Assembly (NCBI GenBank): GCA_937625935.1
Contig: OW569393.1
Location: forward strand, 248,001-312,000
Source of the DNA: Tetramitus jugosus
Lineage: Eukaryota > Protista > Heterolobosea
Direction: 5' to 3'
Length of the DNA: 64,000 nt
Below are positions 23,501 through 32,929 of this stretch, piece by piece (within the stretch, counting starts at the first letter, position 1; each line of letters starts with the position of its first letter). Both the position numbers and the translations under genes were made by a program. The notes beneath the pieces are model-generated. The model was not told the DNA's origin and made no database searches. It worked only from the letters and a program-made list of their open reading frames with translations.

Positions 23501-25010
23501 GATTCATAGAGTGCGGGAGAGCTGGATAGGATTTGAAGAAGTGTCTGTGCAGACATATTCGCTAGTTGATTCATCAGTTGGTACAATCTCTTCATCATTC
23601 TCAGGTTCGATTGTGTAGCGGTATGTTCGGTCAATATTCGTATCGACGCAAACGATATGTTTTACTTAGGCACCCATGCATGAGTTGTCGCGTGAGAGAA
23701 TGAAGGCGAGAGACTCGAGTACTCAATTCCAGTACGAGCATTCATTCAAGATGGGTGGCATTGGATTCCTAGAATTGAAGAGAGAGTATCAATCATGAAG
23801 TAAATCCAGTAGATGTATCATCATCCAGAAGTCAACAATATGATGATATTTTTATGGCTAAATCAACAACAATCGATCAAAACATTTATCAAAGAATTCT
23901 TGCATTGTGTACAAAACAAAGGGTGTACCTAATTTTCCGTATCGTGTCCCTATATGTATTTCAACACGTTTATGTGGAACATTCAATGATCACGATGAAA
24001 TTGGGTTGTTAAGGAACTTTACGATAAATACGGGGTAGTAAAGAAAGGGGGAAGAAAGACCATAGATCCAAGGTGTTCACGAGAATTATCGAACAACAAG
24101 CGGTTATGTGTTGGGTAGAAGAGCCGTAAGCGATGTGGAGCAACTGATTGATGAACAACGAACCGCTCAATTCCCAGTGTTTTACTCATCATGGTGTTGA
24201 CCATCATTTTGTTGTGCATTTTGCGGCTCATTCTTGTCATTTTCTTGTTTATCATTCTGCTGCTAACTCTGTTTTTCTGCTGTCAATGAAATATGATTGT
24301 CCCAGGCAGCTCTCCTCGTTCTATCAACCTTCTTACTTTAATTGGAAAGAAGAAAAATAGGAAGTCATGTCACACCTTTTTAGACTCAAGTTCAGGACTC
24401 TGAGTTGTTGGATTACCCACATATCATCCAGGAGTAGTACAAAGAGGACATAACGATTAAGAGATATTGTACTGAAATTTCGAATCTGACGTGATCTAAG
24501 AACAAGAGAAAAGCTTTCAAAGAAGAGAATTTTCAGTTGTGTCGATCGAAGGGGATGAAGAATAAGCAACTGAATTGTAACATTTAAGACAAAACCTTTT
24601 CAACAAGGTAATTCAAAAAAGTAACACTATACCTCACTTCTCTGAACATTCTGTTGTTCATTTCGACGAATTCTTCTTCTTTTTCGGCATCTTCTCACCA
24701 TTTCTTAACATGATTGCATCTCATTCTGCATCTCATTTAATTTGTTGCAGGTGCTCTGTCTCTTCATCTTGTTGTTGCTCAATCTGCTATCCTTTTTGTG
24801 CCTCAATCCGCTGAGATTGTTGTTGTTCATTATGCAGTTCCTTCTGCAGATCATTTCGTTGCCCAGCTCAATTCTTTCTGATCGTTAGCATCTTCTACGT
24901 CGTTTGTCACACAGGGACAATCGCCAGAGCAACGAACAAAAACATCAGCGAATTGTTGGATTCAAAAGCACCAGATTTTTGTAGAATAGGATGAACCTGT
25001 AGTTCTTGCG

Positions 25011-25125
25011 CAAATTTCTTCAATAATATCCACCTTCTTCAAGTAATTTGACTTCTAAATAATAGTAATAGTATTTGAATCAGAATCAAAGCATGAACTG
25101 CTGAAACTGCTCGACGAAGAATGGC
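25011..25125 (-). pseudogene. Short DNA-level relic of the Hsp70-VWA gene
   Basis: Reverse complement gccattcttcgtcgagcag-tttcagcagttcatgctttgattctgattcaaatact...ggatattattgaagaaatttg aligns to 4355-4470. Confidence 0.8.
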
Positions 25126-25378
25126 TTACTCAGGGAGTGTTTCACCTGCTCATCTTGAAACGAATGATCCTCATTGCTGGCATGGAATTATTCTCGGATT
25201 TGGTTGAGTATCTTCGCTCATGCAGCCAATCCAATCAAGCTTCAGATTGAATTTTCCTTTGGGTGGGCCCTATTCAATGAAGCTTCAATGATTCTTACAA
25301 AAAAATCTCAAGAGTCGATATGACGGTTGAAGGACACAAAACTGTTGAAAAAAAAGTAAACAAGTCAATCAACAAATA

Positions 25379-26719
25379 ATGGGTAACTTTTTTTCTCAAA
25401 GTGAAGATGCAGTGACCAATTTCAATGATTTTGAAACTCTTCTCGACCAGCTTGGTGAAAAAAATTCCACTTCTTGCAGAGTTGATAGGACTCTCCTTCA
25501 AAATCTAATCAACAGATATTTGAATGAAAAGGTAGCCATCCAACAAAACTGCTTTCAAAAAATCAGAGAATTTGAATCAAAGATTAAACAACAGGAGGGT
25601 ACAAATTTACAAATTCAACAATTAATGAATGAAAAGTCACAAGCTAATCAACTCTTGGCGAACGCCAAGACCCAATTCCAAGAGATGATGAATGACAAAA
25701 ACACTTTGTTGAAGGAGATTACGAAAGTAAGTAATGAGAAAGACTTTTATAGGAGAGAGAGTGATGAAAGACAACAAAAATTGAACCAAGCAGAGAAAAA
25801 ATTGGAATCCATCAAACTCCAACATGAAGTAGATAAACAGAAAATTCAAGATTTTTTGAAACAGAAACAAGAATTTTGTGATAACTTGACAAGAGAAAAG
25901 AACCAACTGCATGAACAGAATGAATATCTCATTCAATCATTGCAAAATTCCAACCGTGCAAAAGAAACACTCTCCAATGAATGTGAAAAATTGAGTGAGA
26001 CTGTTGGGGAGCTGAAGAAAACAATTGCTGACAAGAGTCAAGAGTTGATTGGTGTCATGGCTGACATGGACAGTTCCATCTTTTCAAGCAGTGACAGTGA
26101 TGATGGCAAGATTAGACCTCAAATTGTTCACAAGCAATTCGACACATTGATGGACATTATTCATGAACTTCAATTGGATATCAAGTCGAATTGTGATTCT
26201 AGTACTGAAGACTATAGTAAACGAATGAGCAATGTTTACAAGAAAATTCTTGAATCATTGTTTGATCCTGGATTGTGGAAGATATTGAAGAAGCCAATGG
26301 AATCCAAGAGATTGTTGAAGCAATCAATGTGCTTGGTTTTGACTGGAAAACAAGAAAATGAGAAGGGAATGAACAAAGAATTATTGAAGAACTTCCTTTT
26401 GCCACCTATTGAATCCCATCTGAAGAAAGTCATTGAAAAGGAAGTAGGCCAAGATTTGTCAAACGAATCCACAAGCAAGTTGATCAAAAAATCTGCTGAG
26501 AATGCACTGTTTCTTGCTGCACAACTCGTTGTTTCGAAACCAACAATGGGAATTATTGCACCAAAGAAAGGCAGTGACTTCAACCCAGACAAGCACGAAG
26601 ATGCAACGTGTGAAACAAAGATGGTTGTGACATCAATCAAGAGACCTGGGTTGATTTGTGTGAGAGACAACAGAGTATTTGCCAAAGCATCTGTTGAAAC
26701 AGAAACCAAAGATGCTTGA
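25379..26719 (+). CDS. 446-aa coiled-coil/GrpE-like protein (subfamily A), candidate N-myristoylation
   Basis: Intact ORF beginning MGNFFS (MGxxxS). Coiled coil, then the same C-terminal domain as 1-444. Confidence 0.8.
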   Translation: MGNFFSQSEDAVTNFNDFETLLDQLGEKNSTSCRVDRTLLQNLINRYLNEKVAIQQNCFQKIREFESKIKQQEGTNLQIQQLMNEKSQANQLLANAKTQFQEMMNDKNTLLKEITKVSNEKDFYRRESDERQQKLNQAEKKLESIKLQHEVDKQKIQDFLKQKQEFCDNLTREKNQLHEQNEYLIQSLQNSNRAKETLSNECEKLSETVGELKKTIADKSQELIGVMADMDSSIFSSSDSDDGKIRPQIVHKQFDTLMDIIHELQLDIKSNCDSSTEDYSKRMSNVYKKILESLFDPGLWKILKKPMESKRLLKQSMCLVLTGKQENEKGMNKELLKNFLLPPIESHLKKVIEKEVGQDLSNESTSKLIKKSAENALFLAAQLVVSKPTMGIIAPKKGSDFNPDKHEDATCETKMVVTSIKRPGLICVRDNRVFAKASVETETKDA

Positions 26720-27264
26720 AGAGCGCCGCTGCACTATTAACCCGAAATCGAAGTATCGAATATTGTTGTATCTAATATAGTATGGAGTGTTTGAAACGCA
26801 TCACTGAACATCGCTGAAGGTTTACTTAAACCTATCGTTTCATAACTTGCTAGCCAAAAAATAAAAAATTTGATGTTTCGTGATTGTTGTGGTGTTTCTT
26901 TTCGTTGGGACTGCCGTGTTGAAGGTTGTGCTCCAATCTGCACAGAACTCGATTCCTTGAGTGTTTTGGAGAGGATCACTTTGGAATATTCCAAATCTCA
27001 CTTTTACAGATCAATAGAGACACAGACAAGTTGACCCTGGAAATGAGACAATAAATGTCTGGGAGTCATAACTCAAAATTGGGATGGTGAAATTGGACGA
27101 TACGTAAATGCACCAACGTTCCTTTGGCCAAAAAATATCAGGAGATTTTTCGGACAATTTATTTCAAGAAAACTGTCTTTCTCAGAGAAAGGAACGAACC
27201 TTGAAGTGCACAATTTTTTTAGAAACAAAAAAGAAACCGATTTGAAGGAATAAAAATTTGTACA

Positions 27265-28230
27265 ATGATTTTGGGATTGTTTTCAAATAGAGAATATGAC
27301 AAACTGAAAGAACGTTATCACCAACTGGAGACTACCATCAACATTGTTCAAGAAAAGAATACTAAATTGAACAGTGAATACCAAGAAGAAAAAAAACGAA
27401 GAAAAGAAGATATTTCCCAACTCGAGTCAAAGATTACCAAAATTGATAACGAATTGAAGGAGTCAAAGACAAATTACTTGCAACAAATCCAAGTATTGAA
27501 CGAATTGATCAAGAAAAAAGAACAAGAAATTGCTGATGGAAAACAACTCTTGATCAATGAAAAGACCAGAAATGATAGTTCCTTGGCCAATAATGCAGAC
27601 ACAGGTGCGATCAAAATTGCAGGAGCTTCAAAGACATTTGACGATGCTATGGACACATTGAGTGAATTGTTGAGCTGTATGTCATTTAAGTCTGATAATA
27701 GTGGATCAGATGAAGGAGAATTCAAGAAGGCCAAAAGAAAATGTCAACAAAAGTTGGTTGAATCTCTGTTTGGAGAAGGATTTTGGAAATCAATCCACAA
27801 GAAGAAGAAACCAAAGTGTAATGAACTGAAAACAGCCAAGATTTTGACTGGAAAGGAGGGAACAAAGGATGAAAGAGATACATTACAGAAGGAGTTGTAT
27901 CGTATTGTTCATGACAATATTTGTGAGATTATCAAGTCTCAATTCAAAGAGTTGGTAGATTTGAATGATGATGAGATCAAGAAGAATATTGATGAATGTG
28001 CTCGTGTATCTGTTCATTTGGCTGCTGAACTCCTTGTTTGTGAACCAAGACTGGATGTCATTGCTCCAAGAGTGAACAAGGAACAATTTAATCCTGAAAA
28101 GCATGAAGATGCCACATGTGATACAGAATTTGTTGTCACTTTTGTCAAGAGACCAGGTCTTATTTGTGTCGTTGACAACAGAGTTCAAAAGAAATGTCTT
28201 GTTGAGACAACAATCAAAAAGAATGATTAG
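27265..28230 (+). CDS. 321-aa short coiled-coil/GrpE-like protein (subfamily B)
   Basis: Intact ORF with a unique N-terminal ~48 aa, then near identity to 551-2485 from DISQLESKITK onward. Confidence 0.8.
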   Translation: MILGLFSNREYDKLKERYHQLETTINIVQEKNTKLNSEYQEEKKRRKEDISQLESKITKIDNELKESKTNYLQQIQVLNELIKKKEQEIADGKQLLINEKTRNDSSLANNADTGAIKIAGASKTFDDAMDTLSELLSCMSFKSDNSGSDEGEFKKAKRKCQQKLVESLFGEGFWKSIHKKKKPKCNELKTAKILTGKEGTKDERDTLQKELYRIVHDNICEIIKSQFKELVDLNDDEIKKNIDECARVSVHLAAELLVCEPRLDVIAPRVNKEQFNPEKHEDATCDTEFVVTFVKRPGLICVVDNRVQKKCLVETTIKKND

Positions 28231-28329
28231 AAGAATAAAAACGACCTCTCTAAAATTCGGTGACAATACTCAAACATGGAATTGATTCCACTAAACTCCC
28301 ATGTTTTCCAACTCCACTACACTGGAAGA

Positions 28330-29240
28330 CCATCTTGAAGCCCCACAGGCTCTCGTCACCACAAACTGGCCCGCTCAAAGAATACCGTTTAAAAAAAATT
28401 AGCACCACGAAATGAAAAAGTAACTTCAGAATTCAATGAAGTCACAATATCAATTTACTTACATAGTTGCCCCAATCAATTTTCATCTCGAGTTGAGATA
28501 CAACACGAGTGGCAACATCTTGAAGCGTGACAAATGAAACTTGACCTTCTGTTCCTTTATGGATTACAGTCTTTGTTCCAATTGTTCGTTTGTTTTCAAC
28601 AAAGATGCCAGGACTCCTTGACAGTATGGGAAGATCTCGGTCAACCCAGAACCTTGCGTTTGTTCTTCGAGTAGATCTGAAAAAACAAATAATTTTATAG
28701 TGTTCAAATCTACTTCGCACTTCAATTATACTTGCTAATCTCGTCGTTAAATGCCGTTATGAAATTGTTACCTCTTCAAATCGCGTCATCAAATTCTTGG
28801 TGAAGTTCGAATCATTCCCTGAGTAGATGGTGGAAACAACAGGTGGTAGTCGTTGCACTTCAGATATCCAAGCCAAACTAATGGCATCTCTTATTGGATA
28901 GTTGATCAACCTATTCTGAAGTCACCTATTTCGAAAAGATATTCACTCAAGAGCGAAATCCAATTAAGGCACACAGTTTTTCGACGAAATATTTAGATTC
29001 TATCGCTGTTTCGAGCTCACTGATAATATGTTACTCCTCCTCTGGTTCAGAAACAATTACAGACAATGTAGGTATACATGCTGATATTCCTAACTTCCCT
29101 GTAATTAGGCCATCTCCAATGCTCCAAACTATGGAATGGTGAAGCATACTAGTACAATTTAATCCTCCTTGTAACTTCGTTTTAAGTAGAAAAAACCTTT
29201 ACTGAAAACGTCAGTAAAGTACTGTAACGATATCCAGTTT
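28330..29240 (-). pseudogene. Heavily decayed HSPA12-like Hsp70
   Basis: LQYFTDVFSKGFFYLKRSYKED*IVLVCFTIP/VWS...IVSEPE parallels DYLKFLFEKIKEDL...IVWCLTIPAIW...LVLEPE. Downstream GIFVENKRTI and EVTFSF weakly match the C-terminal beta region. Confidence 0.5.
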
Positions 29241-29403
29241 TTTCGTGAATCAAAAATCCGGAAGCGAACTCCTGTAGCTGAAGCCGATCTCCCTTCAAAA
29301 AACCCCCCGATTCGCCGACATCCTTCAAACGTCGTCCTCTTCTCTCCCAAAGAAGCAGAAAAAAAAACCAACCACCCACAAGTCCCAAAACACAACGTAA
29401 AAC

Positions 29404-30942
29404 ATGGCTACCTCCCTCAAATCACAACTGCTACAACAAGTAGAGTGCTCCATTTGTTATGACACACTGAACACACCCAAAGTTCTCAGTTGTCTCCACA
29501 CATTTTGTCTCAAGTGTCTCACTCAAGTTGTCAATTGTTCCAACCAAAAGAATGAATTGAAGTGTCCCACATGTAGGAACGTCACATCTCTATCCAGTAA
29601 GGGAGTACAAGAATTATCAAACAACTTCATTTTACAAGGAGTGTTGGACACACTTACTCAAGCCAAAACACCAACAAAAGAACCAGCATTTTGTGATCAT
29701 TGCGATGAAAAACAAATAGCCACTCATTATTGTGAAGAGTGTCAAGAACATTTGTGTGAGATTCACACAAAAGGTCACAAGATGGGAAAGCAGACCAAGA
29801 TGCATCAACTGAACCAGTTGATTCAAGATGCAAAATATGAGGTGAGAGAGTGTGAAAAACACAAGGGAGAGAAACTGTTAATCATTTGCTCAACTTGTGA
29901 TGACATGCTCATTTGCAGGGACTGTGCAATGGTAACTCATAAAGCTCATGAGTACATGTTTATTAGTGAGATAATTGATGAGAAGAGGCAAAAATTGAAG
30001 GTTATTGTTGACAAAACTGCCTCATTCACAACAAAATTGGAGGAAGACATTGCAAGAGTGGATCAAAGGATTAAGGATATTCAAAAGAAACATGAAGAAG
30101 AGGTTAACAAGAACAAACAGTCGTGTGATGTTCTGATAACTGCAATCAAGGAGAAGATGAATGGCTTGGAGAAAGAATTGGATGCATTGTGTGCTGACAG
30201 AATACGCTCTTTGCAAACAGAGAAGCAGAAATTACTTGTTCTACTAGATACTGGGCGCTGCTCCAAGAGTAGCATGATTGACTCATACTCAGACGTCCGA
30301 TTAATTGAAATGGAACGCGAGATTAGTCAACAACATTGTGAGATGCAGAAAGAGATGAGTAAGGACATTAACATATGTGATAGCTTCTTTGTATCAAAAG
30401 TTAATGTACAAGTGATGTTGCAACATTTAAAGTCGTGGTCAGTTGCTCGTTTAGATAATTTTAACCAAGTTATGCTCGCTGAAATGAAGGAGAGTGGATA
30501 TTCATTGCAATATGCACCAAACGAACTGAAGAATGACAAAGAATTTGTTCTTGCTGCGGTGAAACAGTATGGATTTGCATTGGACTATGCATCAAATGAA
30601 CTGAAGAATGACAAAGAAGTTGTTCTTGCAGCGGTGAAACAGCATGGATATGCATTGCGATATGCATCAAATGAACTGAAGAATGACAAAGAATTTGTTC
30701 TTGCTGCGGTGAAACAGTATGGATATGCATTGGAATATGCATCAAATGAACTGAAGAATGACAAAGAAGTTGTTCTTGCAGCAGTGAAACAGAATGGATT
30801 TGCATTGAAATATGCATCACATGAACTGAAGAATGACAGAGAAGTTGTTCTTGCAGCGGTGAAACAGGATGGTCGTGCATTGCAATATGCATCAAATGAA
30901 TTGAAGAATGACAAAGAATTTGTTCTTGCGCTGAAGCAGTAG
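29404..30942 (+). CDS. TRIM-like E3 ligase: RING, two B-boxes, coiled coil, DUF4116 repeats
   Basis: CSIC..CLHTFCLKC..CPTC RING; CDHC..CEEC..H and CEKH..CSTC..CRDC..H..H B-boxes; C-terminal ALxYASNELKNDKEFVLAAVKQ repeats. Confidence 0.9.
   Translation: MATSLKSQLLQQVECSICYDTLNTPKVLSCLHTFCLKCLTQVVNCSNQKNELKCPTCRNVTSLSSKGVQELSNNFILQGVLDTLTQAKTPTKEPAFCDHCDEKQIATHYCEECQEHLCEIHTKGHKMGKQTKMHQLNQLIQDAKYEVRECEKHKGEKLLIICSTCDDMLICRDCAMVTHKAHEYMFISEIIDEKRQKLKVIVDKTASFTTKLEEDIARVDQRIKDIQKKHEEEVNKNKQSCDVLITAIKEKMNGLEKELDALCADRIRSLQTEKQKLLVLLDTGRCSKSSMIDSYSDVRLIEMEREISQQHCEMQKEMSKDINICDSFFVSKVNVQVMLQHLKSWSVARLDNFNQVMLAEMKESGYSLQYAPNELKNDKEFVLAAVKQYGFALDYASNELKNDKEVVLAAVKQHGYALRYASNELKNDKEFVLAAVKQYGYALEYASNELKNDKEVVLAAVKQNGFALKYASHELKNDREVVLAAVKQDGRALQYASNELKNDKEFVLALKQ
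30496..30939 (+). repeat. About 6 x 75-bp coding tandem repeat (DUF4116)
   Basis: Unit tatgcatcaaatgaactgaagaatgacaaagaa(t/g)ttgttcttgc recurs every 75 bp. Confidence 0.95.
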
Positions 30943-31258
30943 ACTTGGACGAAAATAGACAAAATTTTTGTGATTTTCCGAGTGAACGTGAAAAACTGTT
31001 GATGAGATAGAGCAGTTTCTTAGCCTTTATAACTATGGGTATGGTGCGACCATTGTTTTCTTCGACAACTTCCACCGACCGAACCGTTGCAGCTCTTTGA
31101 AGTGAAGGTTTCCAATGACGAGGTTATTATAACAGTTTCGAATACAAACATGATGTTATACTTAGTTTTCTCCTTTGTAACAATGCATGACTACTATTTG
31201 TAAAATAGACCTGATCCCTTATACACCACCTGTTGCTTATTACGATGCTCTTTTTTCT

Positions 31259-32557
31259 TCATCTTCTGAACGCCACGAATACTTTTCCCTTGTTAAAACC
31301 TGAATGAAGACGTGTCACAGCTTCAACCACACTGTGAACACCGCGATTCATGTGCGAGTAACAGTATTCATCCACTGGTACCTTCATTGTCTTATCATAG
31401 TAATACCACTGAATGAGCTTCTGAATTGCTTCGACAAACTTTTTCTTGTCTTGAGACGATCCACCAGTATAATTAAGGAGGAAGAAACCAGAAATTGTCT
31501 TGCTGCCAAACAGTAGTCTATTGCACAAAACAGAGGCAGAATCTTCTCGTGAAACTTTATGTTCCTCTTCTGAACCACTGCTCTTGTACTCTGAAACGGA
31601 ACCAATGCTAATCAATTGACCAAACGTTGCCAAATGATTGAATGCAGTCTTGAACATGTCACCTCCCACTCCTTCATAAATAAGATCAATACCACTTGGG
31701 TACTCACGCTTTAGAATCTGAGAAACATTCTCCTGCTTGTAATTAATCACTCGGTCGCAGTGCAAGCTCAACAACAATTGTTTCTTTTGTTCATCACCAC
31801 ATGTACCAATCACATGATAACCCATTCTCTTTGCCAATTGTACAGCAAATGTACCTGTTGCACCTGCTGCTCCAGTCACCAGACAAGTCCTTGGTTTGTT
31901 CTTGGTGTTGAGCGACGGTTGATTCGGAACGGCGTCGGTTGACTCGGACAAATTCGTCATTCCGCCCTTTTCCTTCAATGCTAAATAAGCAGTGGTTCCA
32001 CTAACAATAATGGAAACAAACTCTGGTCTTGACTCTGGAATAGGAAAGGTCTTCTGGTAGTGTATCACATGATATTCGACATAACCATGAGAAAACTCTG
32101 CAAACAACACATGATTGCCCACACGATAAGGAAACTTGGAGTCCTTTTCACACCATTGACTCAAATCATCTGATATGGCCAAAATTTGACCACAAGCTTC
32201 CCCACCAGCCACAATCGACTGCTGCTCAACATTATCATTCTTTGACAGGGACTTTAGTGGTCCATACACACCATTAGAGATCATAATCTCAGAAGCTTGT
32301 ATCCCGGCATACAAGTTCTTGACTAACAGCAGCCCAGAAGACTCCGACACTTTTTGTCGTAGTTGACTCAATGTAATCGGAGATTTTTGAAGGCGGGTCG
32401 CTTCTTGGTACACGTTGCTCTTTTTGACATAGATCAATTCATCGAATGAAGGACCGTGTTCTTGAATGTGCTTTTGGAGCACGTACAGACGATTGTAACC
32501 CTTGTTGTGGAGATCACGGCTTGTGGTGGCAACAGATTGATCTTGTTGTTGGCTCAT
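31259..32557 (-). CDS. MDR-family NADPH oxidoreductase, prostaglandin reductase 3 (ZADH2)-like
   Basis: YAGIQASEI, GGEACG, SGTTAYLAL, LVTGAAGATG, GIDLIYEGVGG, GKV. Probable start is the ATG at 32557, since the upstream extension overlaps the tRNA. Confidence 0.85.
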   Translation of the reverse strand: MSQQQDQSVATTSRDLHNKGYNRLYVLQKHIQEHGPSFDELIYVKKSNVYQEATRLQKSPITLSQLRQKVSESSGLLLVKNLYAGIQASEIMISNGVYGPLKSLSKNDNVEQQSIVAGGEACGQILAISDDLSQWCEKDSKFPYRVGNHVLFAEFSHGYVEYHVIHYQKTFPIPESRPEFVSIIVSGTTAYLALKEKGGMTNLSESTDAVPNQPSLNTKNKPRTCLVTGAAGATGTFAVQLAKRMGYHVIGTCGDEQKKQLLLSLHCDRVINYKQENVSQILKREYPSGIDLIYEGVGGDMFKTAFNHLATFGQLISIGSVSEYKSSGSEEEHKVSREDSASVLCNRLLFGSKTISGFFLLNYTGGSSQDKKKFVEAIQKLIQWYYYDKTMKVPVDEYCYSHMNRGVHSVVEAVTRLHSGFNKGKVFVAFRR

Positions 32558-32599
32558 TTGTTTCTTTGCTCCAAAGGAACGAAAATAACAAAAATGTGA

Positions 32600-32673
32600 T
32601 ACGATTGACCGGGATCGAACCGGCGACCTTGAGCGTGTTAAGCTCACGATCTAACCAACTGATCTACAACCGC
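32600..32673 (-). tRNA. tRNA-Val(AAC): tRNA-Val (anticodon AAC)
   Basis: Cloverleaf GCGGTTG/CAATCGT, D arm GATC/GATC, anticodon arm TGAGC-TTAACAC-GCTCA, T arm GCCGG-TTCGATC-CCGGT. T5 terminator just downstream. Confidence 0.93.
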
Positions 32674-32929
32674 TTATGTTTTTGAAGAATTAGTGGGATT
32701 TTGCCGCGATGCAGGCCGCTTTATTGAACTTGCCTCCCTTCATGTAAGTTTGGAATGTTTCATGTTAAAATTGTTCACTTTTTGATGTTTTTTATCGAAG
32801 ATTGGATTAATTGAATGAAAATTTTTTCGAAATATTTTTAGACATTGGCAACATGACATCAAGTCTCGAGATCTATTTTGTCTGGATAGCTATCCCCAGA
32901 AGAGACAGAAACACAACAACACACTGAAT

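Noticed and set aside
30496-30939. Regular repeats resembling a CRISPR array
   Set aside because: They are in-frame 75-bp coding repeats with no unique spacers, no cas genes, and a eukaryotic context.
32558-32647. N-terminal extension of the 462-aa ORF
   Set aside because: It starts at a non-ATG codon inside the tRNA gene. The ATG at 32557 is preferred.
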